Below, in pieces: positions 29,951 through 39,018 of a stretch of 64,000 nt of DNA; position 1 is the stretch's first letter, and the number at the start of each line of letters is the position of its first letter. Both the position numbers and the translations under genes were made by a program. Below the pieces are notes generated by a model that saw only the letters and a list, made by a program, of their open reading frames with translations, was not told the origin of the DNA and ran no database searches. The stretch is from positions 73,534-137,533 of the forward strand of contig NZVD01000060.1 of the NCBI GenBank assembly GCA_002701385.1. The letters run 5' to 3'. The stretch is from Rhodopirellula sp. (GTDB lineage Bacteria > Planctomycetota > Planctomycetia > Pirellulales > Pirellulaceae).

Positions 29951-31057
29951 ATGTCAAAATCATTAATCCTAACGCTCGCACTTCTTTATTGTTTCCCTGA
30001 CACCAGTCTCGGACAAATCCGCAAACTTAGCTGGTTGAAGGACGCTCAAACCCCTCCGGCAGGAGAATTCAATCTCAATCCACTGAATCACTGGCAGGCC
30101 AATCTCGATCAAGTCATAACTTCCCGTAGGCAATGGGAAAAACCAAAGCATGTCGAGAGCCGCAGTGTTCGGGAAGTCATCGAAAAGCGATGGCTGGAAT
30201 TCCTCGGCCCCTTGGCGACTCAACCTCGAAAACTACCTAAGCTGGAAGTTTTGGATCGCCAGATTATTGGCGATGTGGAACGGACATTGGTGAAATACGA
30301 AGTCCTGCCAGGCGACTTTGTTGAAGCCTATATCCTTAAGCCGACTCAGGTTGTTGGAAAAATCCCTGGCGTAGTGGTACTGCATTCGACGGTAGAAAAC
30401 AGTATCGAGTTGCCTGCTGGAATAGATGGCCGTCCGGAAGAATTTCATGGTCTGGGTGCGGCACAACGAGGGATGGTTGCTATCGTGCCACGAAATTATC
30501 TGTGGCCTACCAACCACGGAATACAGGCCGGCGAAATGGCCGCTGATTTTTTGAAAAAGTACCCCGAATCAAAAGGGATGGCACGAATGCTATACGACAG
30601 TCAGGTCGCTACAGATATTCTCGCAGCATTGCCGGAAGTCGACCCGCATCGCTTAGGTTGTGTCGGGCACAGTCTAGGTGCTAAAGAAGTGCTTTATCTG
30701 GCCGCCTTTGACCAACGAATCAAAGTAACGGTTTTTAGTGAAGGAGGCATTGGTACGAGCTTTTCCAACTGGGATGCGCCTTGGTATTTAGGTGACACCA
30801 TCCATACAGACTTTCCTCATGATCACGAAGAGCTACTTGCCTTGATCGCGCCAAGACCCTTTCTGCTGATCGCTGGGGATTCAGCCGATGGCAATCGAAG
30901 CTGGCCCTATATTGCAAAAGCGATGGCAGTCTATCGGTTCTATACCAATACACCGGCCATCGCTTTTTATAATCATGGCACTGGTCACCCGCTAACACCA
31001 GAAGCGGAAAAACGAAGTTACCAGTGGTTAGTCGAAGGGCTCAAACACGCTCGCTAA
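29951..31057 (+). CDS. Secreted alpha/beta hydrolase (dienelactone-hydrolase/esterase-like)
   Basis: Signal peptide from Met at 29951 (MSKSLILTLALLYCF). Nucleophile elbow GHSLG. C-terminal His context HGTGHP. Homologous by eye to both halves of the 41143-43431 product. Confidence 0.7.
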   Translation: MSKSLILTLALLYCFPDTSLGQIRKLSWLKDAQTPPAGEFNLNPLNHWQANLDQVITSRRQWEKPKHVESRSVREVIEKRWLEFLGPLATQPRKLPKLEVLDRQIIGDVERTLVKYEVLPGDFVEAYILKPTQVVGKIPGVVVLHSTVENSIELPAGIDGRPEEFHGLGAAQRGMVAIVPRNYLWPTNHGIQAGEMAADFLKKYPESKGMARMLYDSQVATDILAALPEVDPHRLGCVGHSLGAKEVLYLAAFDQRIKVTVFSEGGIGTSFSNWDAPWYLGDTIHTDFPHDHEELLALIAPRPFLLIAGDSADGNRSWPYIAKAMAVYRFYTNTPAIAFYNHGTGHPLTPEAEKRSYQWLVEGLKHAR

Positions 31058-31074
31058 CTAGAGCAAACCTTTTG

Positions 31075-31458
31075 TTACCAAGGCCCCCGAATGTAATAGA
31101 CTCCGAATTGTTCCGTACTGCTGGGATACATCGGTGTTTTCTTAAACGGTCCGCGTACCGTCGCGCCGGATGCGGGATTTAGGCTGAACTGATGGTACAG
31201 TGGTACGATCAAGTTGCCAGAAACACCCCAGTTGTGAATTCGCATGGTAGTGGCGGTCGGCGGAACGATTAAGGCGATCGGAGTGCCGGTGTGCTGATGC
31301 CCGTAGACTCCATTCCATGAGGTTTGAGCCGCATGCTGACGTTGAAAAGTCTGCATGATACGGTTTCGTCGGCCAGCCTGAGCTTCTGATTCAAAGGAGA
31401 CTGAGCTAATAAGAAGAGCCAGACATACGCCGACCCAGAATTTGAATTGCTTGTGCAT
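31075..31458 (-). CDS. Small secreted hypothetical protein
   Basis: 127-aa ORF with a signal peptide (FWVGVCLALLISSVSFESEAQA). No known motif. Confidence 0.5.
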   Translation of the reverse strand: MHKQFKFWVGVCLALLISSVSFESEAQAGRRNRIMQTFQRQHAAQTSWNGVYGHQHTGTPIALIVPPTATTMRIHNWGVSGNLIVPLYHQFSLNPASGATVRGPFKKTPMYPSSTEQFGVYYIRGPW

Positions 31459-31501
31459 TTGGACATTCCTGAGGGAGTTTCAGCCGCACAAGCCTGAGAA
31501 C

Positions 31502-31930
31502 TTATCGATAACGAATGAAAGTTCGTGTGAATCCTGAGCCGTTTGGATAGTAGTTGTGATAACTACGATTGTGTCGGTACAGAAACTCGTGGGGCATTAA
31601 AGGTTGATATGTATTGTAAGTATGCCCTATGTGTAGTGGTACCTGACGAGGAGCTGGGTAAATTACAGAAGGAATTCCGCCACCCTGAGTAGGACTGTAG
31701 TAATTGTAGAAGAGACGCGGATTAGTAGGAACCGCCCTTTGTTCTTGAATCGGCGTGGCAGCCGGTGCCTGCTTTAGCACGGCAGGTTCCTGAGGCGCTG
31801 CTTTCGCTTTGGCTTCGGTTGATTTACGAGTGAGTTTTAGCTTCGGCCCTGCCGCTTCCACCATCACGCTGGGAAGCATAAACAAAACTGAAAACAGAAC
31901 GCTAGCAATGATCTTAGATTTAGCCATCAT
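31502..31930 (-). CDS. Small secreted Tyr/Pro/His-rich hypothetical protein
   Basis: 142-aa ORF with a signal peptide (IIASVLFSVLFMLPSVMVEA). GAGGAG Shine-Dalgarno-like sequence 5 nt upstream of the ATG. The C-terminal half is rich in Y/P/H/N (YPAPRQVPLHIGHTYNTYQPLMPHEFLYRHNRSYHNYY). Confidence 0.55.
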   Translation of the reverse strand: MMAKSKIIASVLFSVLFMLPSVMVEAAGPKLKLTRKSTEAKAKAAPQEPAVLKQAPAATPIQEQRAVPTNPRLFYNYYSPTQGGGIPSVIYPAPRQVPLHIGHTYNTYQPLMPHEFLYRHNRSYHNYYPNGSGFTRTFIRYR

Positions 31931-32221
31931 TTGACTCCTCGTTAGGGCCGACTTTTCACCATTTCAGTCGGCACTCCCATTGTCTGTGTTTATCCTAACC
32001 ACAGACGAATTGTTACCTTAATATTCTAATTCGGCCTTTTCCGGTTGTAGGGACAAATGTTTGTCCTGAATTCAGCGTGATTGGTCTAGAATCCGTGCTT
32101 TGCACGCCCAGTTTCTTAGACTCAGCTATTAAGAAACCGTGATAACCGGTATAATCGTCAGTCTTTAACACGACTGTCTGCATGGGATTAGGGGGCATCA
32201 AGGCCTCCACTTACAGACGTT

Positions 32222-34306
32222 TTGAATGGAGTCACGTGTTGCAAAGGGAGTGCACCACCATTGGCTAGTACAGCAAGCGGAAAGAGTAAACCTCGTCGAA
32301 CGACAGCCAAAGCAATGGCCGCCAAGCAGCGGTCTATTTCGGTCAGTGAGTTCTTTGCCAAGAACCGACACCTCTTAGGGTTCGACAACCCTCGCAAGGC
32401 CCTCTTAACCACGGTCAAAGAAGCCGTCGATAACTCATTAGATGCTTGTGAAGAAGCTGGGATTGGTCCGGAGATTTGGGTGACGATCACTCAGACAGAG
32501 CCAGACCGATACAAAGTATCTATTCAGGATAATGGTCCGGGGATTCTCAAACGACAGATCCCATTAATTTTTGGGAAGTTGTTATACGGTTCAAAATTTC
32601 ATCGTCTACGGATGAGTCGTGGACAACAGGGGATCGGGATCAGTGCTGCCGGAATGTACGGAATGCTGACCACCGGAAAACCGGTCAAGATTGTCTCGAA
32701 GCTTTCCATTCGCAAACCCGCTCACTACTACGAACTTCAGATCGACACGAAAACTAACAACCCACAAATTCTCAACAACCGTGGCGACGGACTTGATATT
32801 CCTGCTGGTGAAAAAGGCCGGAAGATCATGGAGAAGAAAAACATCGAGTGGGAAGCATTCTACCCCATACCTGAAGTGGGAGAAGATGAGACGCCTCCAG
32901 AGCCTGTCGAGGTTCGCAGTGGTACACGTGTCACTTTGGAAATTGAAGCAAAATATCAGCGAGGGCGCGGCAGCGTCGATGAGTATCTGGAGATGACTGC
33001 CATCGCCAATCCTCACGTCACCTTACATTACCTCGACCCTGAAGGCACACTACACACCTATGCACGGAGCACCGATCAGCTCCCACCAGAAGCCAAGGAA
33101 ATTAAACCCCATCCGTATGGTGTCGAGTTAGGTCGATTGGTCACCATGCTCAAGGAAATGAAGGAGGGGACGATCACGCAGTTCCTGACCTCCAGTTTCA
33201 GTCGAGTCAGCCCGGCGGTGGCACGTCGGATTTGTGAAGGAGCGGATGTTAGTACTCGTAGCAGTGTCAAAAAAATCAGCCGCGACGAAGCAGATAAAAT
33301 CTATAAATCCATTCAGCAGACCAAGATCAAGGCTCCCAGCACAGACTGTATTGCTCCGATCGGTGAAGAACTGCTACTCAAGGGACTTCATCAGGTCGTA
33401 CCTGGCGAATTTTATGTGGCCGCCACCCGGCCTCCCTCCGTCTATCGCGGTAATCCGTTCCAGATTGAATGTGCTCTGGCTTACGGGGGACACAATGCGG
33501 CTCAAAAGGTATCCCGGGAATTGCTCGAGCGACTCATCGATGAAACGGACGCTCGGACGTTACGACAGTTTTTGATGAACACCTTCGACGGACTTGGTGC
33601 CGACTCGGCTGACAAAATCATGAAGGCTGGTGAGTTTGGCAGTCGACAATCCCCTTCAAAGCTGAAACAGGATCAGATCGAACGTCTGCACGACTGCATG
33701 AAAAATGTAAACGTCTCTGACGGGCAAGCGATGCAAGTCTTACGATATGCCAATCGCGTACCACTGCAATTTAAGATGCGTGACTGTGCGATAACGCAAA
33801 CGGTCATGAAAATGAATTGGCGTAGTTACGGTCTGTCTCAGTCACGTAGCAATCTACCGTCCGGCCCGGTGAGAGTCATGGTGCACGTCGCCAGTGTCTG
33901 GGTCCCATTCACCAGCGAATCCAAAGAGGCGATCGCCCATTACGATGAAATCCAAAAGGAAATTCGTTTGGGACTGCAAACCGTGGGACGAAAACTGGGA
34001 ATGTTCCTACGTCGCCGACAACAGGTGAAAAAGGAAGGCGAACGTCGAAACGTATTCGTCCGCTACCTCGGTGAAGTAGCTCAGGCTGTCTCCGACCTGA
34101 ACGGATCAGATCGTGACGAAATCTATAATCACCTGACTCGAGTTGCCAAACGAGTGACCAAGGAAGCGGATACTAAGCTGGATGATCGAGGTAACAAGGT
34201 CACTGAGGAAAACTACGGTGATAATGTACTGATCATTAAGGATGACCCTGAAGAAGGGCTCACCGAACAACTTGATAAAACCACTCCGCAAAAGAAACTG
34301 TTTTAA
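32222..34306 (+). CDS. top6B: DNA topoisomerase VI subunit B (type IIB topoisomerase ATPase)
   Basis: GHKL/Bergerat motifs: N-box KEAVDNSLDACEE, G1 DNGPGI, G2 GQQGIGISA. H2TH/transducer signatures: APSTDCIAPIGEE, YRGNPFQIECALAYGG, LRYANRVPLQFKMRDCAIT, VHVASVWVPFTSESKEAIA. The ORF-track start is TTG at 32222; an in-frame ATG at 32315 (MAAKQRSISVSEFF) is an alternative. Confidence 0.9.
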   Translation: MNGVTCCKGSAPPLASTASGKSKPRRTTAKAMAAKQRSISVSEFFAKNRHLLGFDNPRKALLTTVKEAVDNSLDACEEAGIGPEIWVTITQTEPDRYKVSIQDNGPGILKRQIPLIFGKLLYGSKFHRLRMSRGQQGIGISAAGMYGMLTTGKPVKIVSKLSIRKPAHYYELQIDTKTNNPQILNNRGDGLDIPAGEKGRKIMEKKNIEWEAFYPIPEVGEDETPPEPVEVRSGTRVTLEIEAKYQRGRGSVDEYLEMTAIANPHVTLHYLDPEGTLHTYARSTDQLPPEAKEIKPHPYGVELGRLVTMLKEMKEGTITQFLTSSFSRVSPAVARRICEGADVSTRSSVKKISRDEADKIYKSIQQTKIKAPSTDCIAPIGEELLLKGLHQVVPGEFYVAATRPPSVYRGNPFQIECALAYGGHNAAQKVSRELLERLIDETDARTLRQFLMNTFDGLGADSADKIMKAGEFGSRQSPSKLKQDQIERLHDCMKNVNVSDGQAMQVLRYANRVPLQFKMRDCAITQTVMKMNWRSYGLSQSRSNLPSGPVRVMVHVASVWVPFTSESKEAIAHYDEIQKEIRLGLQTVGRKLGMFLRRRQQVKKEGERRNVFVRYLGEVAQAVSDLNGSDRDEIYNHLTRVAKRVTKEADTKLDDRGNKVTEENYGDNVLIIKDDPEEGLTEQLDKTTPQKKLF

Positions 34307-34348
34307 TCCCTAAAGAACAGCAGGATCCTGCTTTACCAGAGATAAGAG

Positions 34349-35503
34349 ATGGCAAAGAAAAAGGCGAAAAAGCCGACACCAGCACAACAAGCTCGCAAGG
34401 CAAAGCTCACCGCGAAAGATAAAAAGACTCTGAATTCCCTCGTCGGAATGGCCGATGGTGTCGTGCGACAGGCAAGCCGCGGACGCGCTCCGTACTTTGA
34501 AGTACCATCACGTAGTTTGTCCAACGTGAAATACAGCCCCACCAAAAAGATCATTGAGATGGGGAGTTCCAAGAACAAGCGTGAACTATTTAATCTCTCT
34601 CAAGCTCGAACTTACATGCAAACCTTGCTGGTCGGCAGAGGATGTAAAGAACTTATCGAACAGGGTAAAACGACCAGCATTCGTGGTCTCTACTACTTAC
34701 TCAAACACACCATCGACGGAACTCGGGAAGAAACATTTAACGATCAGGGAGATTGCGATCCCGTCATTGAAGACGTGGAAGTCACGCTCAACGCCTTACG
34801 GGAAGAACTGCATGTCTATGCTTCTAACCGAGGTGCCATGGTCGGGAACATCCAGTTGATTGACTCAGGAGACGAAATCGACTGTTCAAGGATGGGATCC
34901 GGCGGATATGCCATCCCATCGATTGTCGAAGAAGAAGTCATGCAATTTGTAAAGTGTGATGCCGACTTTATCCTCCATGTTGAAAAAGACACCGTCTGGC
35001 GACGGTTCAATGAAGATAAGTTTTGGAAACAGCACAATTGCATTTTAACGCACGGGAACGGACAACCTCCACGCGGCGTGCGACGTCTTCTCAGTCGCAT
35101 GCACAACGAGTTAGGCTTGCCCATCTACTGTTTGCTCGATAACGATCCCTGGGGCTATTACATCTACAGCGTTATCAAGCAGGGGTCCATCAATCTTGCT
35201 TATGAATCACGTCGAATGGCAATTCCGGGAGCCAAGTTTATTGGACTACGAAGCCGGGATTACGAACTTTGTGAATTGAACCCCAGCGTGACAATCAAGC
35301 TCAGTGATAATGACATTAAACGAGCCAATCAAATCGCCAAGTATCCCTGGTTTGAGAAAAAGAAACGCTGGCAGAAAGAAATCAAGAAGATGTTGAGTAA
35401 CGGATTTAAACTCGAGGTCGAAGCATTGATTTCCAAGGATATTAGCTATGTCACTCAGGAGTACGTACCCGAACGACTTGCTGAAGCTAACTTCCTCGAC
35501 TAA
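34349..35503 (+). CDS. top6A: DNA topoisomerase VI subunit A (Spo11-like, 5Y-CAP plus Toprim)
   Basis: Catalytic-Tyr context TSIRGLYYLLKHT. Toprim Glu context ILHVEKDTVWRRF. GNGQPPRGVRRLL. Toprim DxD context YCLLDNDPWGYYIYSVIKQGS. 42 nt downstream of top6B. Confidence 0.9.
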   Translation: MAKKKAKKPTPAQQARKAKLTAKDKKTLNSLVGMADGVVRQASRGRAPYFEVPSRSLSNVKYSPTKKIIEMGSSKNKRELFNLSQARTYMQTLLVGRGCKELIEQGKTTSIRGLYYLLKHTIDGTREETFNDQGDCDPVIEDVEVTLNALREELHVYASNRGAMVGNIQLIDSGDEIDCSRMGSGGYAIPSIVEEEVMQFVKCDADFILHVEKDTVWRRFNEDKFWKQHNCILTHGNGQPPRGVRRLLSRMHNELGLPIYCLLDNDPWGYYIYSVIKQGSINLAYESRRMAIPGAKFIGLRSRDYELCELNPSVTIKLSDNDIKRANQIAKYPWFEKKKRWQKEIKKMLSNGFKLEVEALISKDISYVTQEYVPERLAEANFLD

Positions 35504-35551
35504 CTCCAGAATACTATCGCTAGCCATTTTAATCAGACGGGAGCCACCGTC

Positions 35552-35992
35552 GTGAACTCACCTGACCGCTCGTATCAGTTACGTCCTCTTACAATGGACG
35601 ACTTTCAACAGGTGACCAATTTATGGCGTAGTACCGACGGCATGAGTCAGCTCGAGTCCGCCGAAGAACTGGGGCGATTTCTCACACGGAATCCTGACTG
35701 CAGTATCCTTGCGGAAGAAAACGGGCAACTGTTAGGCGCAATTCTCTGTGGTCATGATGGCAGGCGAGGCTACATGTATCATGCCGCTGTTTCAGCCCTG
35801 GCTCGAGGTCGAGGAGTGGGCCGAACAATGGTTGACTATTGTATTGGCCAACTGCGAGATCTAAAAATTCAACGAGTCACACTCTTTACGCTCGATGATA
35901 ATTGCCCTGCGAAAGAGTTCTGGAAACACCTTGGGTTTCGTCAACGGCATGACATTACGCAATTTGCTTTTGATATCAAAGAATTCAGCTAA
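35552..35992 (+). CDS. GNAT-family N-acetyltransferase
   Basis: 146 aa. Acetyl-CoA-binding motif-A-like ARGRGVGRTMV and overall GNAT layout. GTG start 48 nt after top6A. Confidence 0.7.
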   Translation: MNSPDRSYQLRPLTMDDFQQVTNLWRSTDGMSQLESAEELGRFLTRNPDCSILAEENGQLLGAILCGHDGRRGYMYHAAVSALARGRGVGRTMVDYCIGQLRDLKIQRVTLFTLDDNCPAKEFWKHLGFRQRHDITQFAFDIKEFS

Positions 35993-35995
35993 GCG

Positions 35996-36763
35996 ATGTC
36001 TCTCTACGATTATCCGCGGTATTACGATCTGGTCTACGGCTCGGACTGGAAAGCAGAATTCGATTTTCTCACTGGCATCTTTAATCAGCATGTGACTGGC
36101 ACGACAAAGCGATTGTTGGAACCGGCCTGTGGAACCGGCCGTTTGATGTTCAGGCTGGAACGCGCTGGGCTGGAAGTCGATGGCCTCGATCTAAGCGAAA
36201 AGGCTGTTGACTATTGCAACCGTCGCCTTCGCAAACATGGGTTTCGTGAGTCTGCCTGGGTCGGCGACATGACGGATTTTAAGGTTTCGCAGAAATACTG
36301 CGCAGCCTTTAACACTATCAATAGCTTTCGTCACTTGGAAACACATCAACAAGCGTTGAATCACTTGAGGTGTATGGCCCGAGCGATCCGTAAGGGTGGT
36401 GTCTATGTATTGGGACTACACTTATGTCCAGAGATAGGACAACCTATTGAAGAAGAGTCGTGGCTGGCACGCCGCGGTCACCTGTGTGTACAGACAAGTA
36501 TGTGGTTAGTCGAGCGAAATTTATCTAAGCGATATGAAAGATATCACATGCAATATGATATCTGGACTCCTACGAACCATCAGGTACTCGATGACGAATT
36601 CAATTTTCGCACCTACACCAAGCAGCAGTTTGAGTCGCAATTAGTCGGACAAGTCGCTGAATTTAAAATCACCGCGGCGTATGACTTCAGCTACGATCTC
36701 CAGCGACCTATCGAAGTGGATCATGCTACCGAAGACGTCGTCTATATTCTCAAAAGAGTATAA
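35996..36763 (+). CDS. Class I SAM-dependent methyltransferase
   Basis: 255 aa. Motif I LLEPACGTGRL, followed by an acidic residue at the end of beta-2 (VDGLDLS). Starts 3 nt after the GNAT stop. Confidence 0.75.
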   Translation: MSLYDYPRYYDLVYGSDWKAEFDFLTGIFNQHVTGTTKRLLEPACGTGRLMFRLERAGLEVDGLDLSEKAVDYCNRRLRKHGFRESAWVGDMTDFKVSQKYCAAFNTINSFRHLETHQQALNHLRCMARAIRKGGVYVLGLHLCPEIGQPIEEESWLARRGHLCVQTSMWLVERNLSKRYERYHMQYDIWTPTNHQVLDDEFNFRTYTKQQFESQLVGQVAEFKITAAYDFSYDLQRPIEVDHATEDVVYILKRV

Positions 36764-36808
36764 TCGTCGATAACCAATGCACTGACTCAGCTTTCATGGA
36801 GTAACCTG

Positions 36809-38887
36809 ATGCGTTTTCTTGTCCTCCCGGCAATCGCGACATTGCTGTCTTTTAGTATGGAGTCCCTAATGACTGCTCAGGCAACAGAACCTGATTTCGA
36901 TGAGATCTCTGGATGGATCGAAAGACAACTCGAGTATACCAAAGACCCCAGTCTCTCCGTCGCCGTCGTGAAGGATGGAACCATACTCTTTGCCGAAGGT
37001 TTTGGGTGGGCTGACAAACAACGACGGAAAAGAGCGGATGCCCATACAGCTTACTCGATCGCATCCGTCTCCAAGCCTCTCACAGCAACTGCAATTCAAC
37101 GACTGGCGGAAGCCGGGAAGCTCGACGTGGATCAGCCGGCGAATACATACCTCGGTAAAGTGAAGATTACTAATCCATTCGGCGATGCGGACGACATCAC
37201 CCTACGCCACTTGATGAATCATACATCGGGGTTGGGTTTGCATTATCAGTTTTATTATCAGTCCGATGATCATCCTGTCCCCTACCGCGATACCACCATT
37301 CAACATTACGGCATTGCCGTCCGACCGCCGGGAGAGTCCTATCGTTATTGCAATTTGGGTTACGGAATTCTGGACTACATCATTGCCCGTCAGTCGAGAC
37401 TGTCTTATGCCGAGTTCATGGACAAACATGTCTTCGGTCCCCTTGGCATGACCCACAGTTTTGTCGGACTGCCAACCGACAAACAAAAAAACATCGCTGT
37501 TAGATATAACCGACAGGGTCAGGCTATTCCACATTATGAATTCGATCATGACGGAGGCTCCGCCATCTATGCCTCAGCCTATGACTTAGCTCGCTTCGCC
37601 GTACTCCATATTGGTAGCGGACTTCACGAGGTCCTGTCGCCTGCATTTGTCGAACAAATGAAAGAGCCCACTGCCTCCGTCAATTCGAATGCCGGATATG
37701 GTATGGGTTGGCTTATCGAAGATGGAGACCATTATTTGGTGAGTCACACGGGGGGGATGCCAGGAGTCGCCACGCGGGTCACGCTGGCCCCGAAAGAGGG
37801 ACTCGCTGTCATTTGTCTTAGCAATACTGAAAGTAGCCTCCCTCATCAGGCTGTAAAAAAGATTTTGTCGGACTGTCTCGACGACTATCCGTATGACCAC
37901 CCCAACTTACTGTTGCGACCTCGTCGTCAGACCCCCCCTCCCTTCAAGCCAACCGAAGAATTGATCGGCACCTGGACCGGCGAGATTAAGACCTATGAAG
38001 GCGAACGCCACCTGACTCTCTGGCTTGGTAAAGATGGAACCTGCAGGGCACGATTGGAAGGCCAGCTCGTAACTCTGGTGACCAATGCTCAGTTCAACGA
38101 CGGGTTGCTGACCGGAATCATCAATGGAGACTTACAAACGTCAGATACCTCACGGGTAAAGCATCGCCTAAGGCTGCAGTTAGTGCTCCGCAAAGGGCAA
38201 CTGGTCGGCGCCGTGGAAGCCGTCACTGATCTAACAACTCAGTGGATTCAAGGCGAAAAAATAATCCCGAAAAACTATTACGGACTGAGCCATTTTACAT
38301 CGCTCAAACGCTCGTCAAAGATTGGTAGTCAGCAGGTTTTGTTCAATGGACGCAATCTGGATGGCTGGCAGATCATCAAGAAATATGACTTTAAGAATCA
38401 TGGATCAATCACGGGCAAGGACGGAGTACTAAAGCTTGGTAAAGGAAGCCCCGCATCAGGTGTTCGCGTCGCAGGTGATTTCCCCAAAATGAACTATCAA
38501 GTCGAGCTGGAAGCACGACGAGTCGAAGGCAGTGACTTCTTTTGTGGCATGACCTTTCCGATCCACGATGCCTACTGTACTTTGATCATCGGAGGCTGGG
38601 GAGGAGGTGTCGTGGGACTGTCCAATATTGATACGATGGCCGCTGTCGAAAATGAAACTACCAGTTATCTGGATGTCGAAAACAACCGCTGGTACAAGGT
38701 GGCTGTGAGTGTCGACGAGGAACGTGTTCGTGTCTGGATTGATAATAAAGAATACGCCAATGTGAAAACGAAAGAGCATAAGTTTGATATCTGGTGGGAA
38801 CAGGAACCGGCCATGCCATTTGGATTGGTCAGTTGGAACACCGGGGCTGAATTCCGAAACATTAAAATCAAACCTTCCCAACCCTAG
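36809..38887 (+). CDS. Serine hydrolase (beta-lactamase/penicillin-binding fold) fused to a C-terminal DUF1080 (3-keto-disaccharide hydrolase-like) domain
   Basis: Signal peptide. SxxK (SVSKPLT), YxN (YCN) and HTG (SHTGGMPG) motifs in the N-terminal ~350 aa. C-terminal ~190 aa has the DUF1080 pattern (VLFNGRNLDGWQ .. RWYKVAVSVDEERVRVWIDNKE). Confidence 0.75.
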   Translation: MRFLVLPAIATLLSFSMESLMTAQATEPDFDEISGWIERQLEYTKDPSLSVAVVKDGTILFAEGFGWADKQRRKRADAHTAYSIASVSKPLTATAIQRLAEAGKLDVDQPANTYLGKVKITNPFGDADDITLRHLMNHTSGLGLHYQFYYQSDDHPVPYRDTTIQHYGIAVRPPGESYRYCNLGYGILDYIIARQSRLSYAEFMDKHVFGPLGMTHSFVGLPTDKQKNIAVRYNRQGQAIPHYEFDHDGGSAIYASAYDLARFAVLHIGSGLHEVLSPAFVEQMKEPTASVNSNAGYGMGWLIEDGDHYLVSHTGGMPGVATRVTLAPKEGLAVICLSNTESSLPHQAVKKILSDCLDDYPYDHPNLLLRPRRQTPPPFKPTEELIGTWTGEIKTYEGERHLTLWLGKDGTCRARLEGQLVTLVTNAQFNDGLLTGIINGDLQTSDTSRVKHRLRLQLVLRKGQLVGAVEAVTDLTTQWIQGEKIIPKNYYGLSHFTSLKRSSKIGSQQVLFNGRNLDGWQIIKKYDFKNHGSITGKDGVLKLGKGSPASGVRVAGDFPKMNYQVELEARRVEGSDFFCGMTFPIHDAYCTLIIGGWGGGVVGLSNIDTMAAVENETTSYLDVENNRWYKVAVSVDEERVRVWIDNKEYANVKTKEHKFDIWWEQEPAMPFGLVSWNTGAEFRNIKIKPSQP

Positions 38888-39018
38888 TGATTACCCCTGT
38901 CGTATCACTGACATGCACGTCACACCATTTACTTGCCACACTTGCTCAACTTGGGATAATCACTCTCAAACCTGCTCTAAGGTTCATTCAGTTCGTTTAG
39001 AAAAGAAGGAACCTGTCA

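Noticed and set aside
32222-35503. Possibility that the Toprim/GHKL pair is part of a defence system (Wadjet JetD-like or another Toprim nuclease) rather than a topoisomerase.
   Set aside because: The B subunit has the full Bergerat ATPase, H2TH and transducer signatures. The A subunit has the Spo11-type catalytic Tyr context. No SMC/kleisin-like (JetABC) genes are adjacent.
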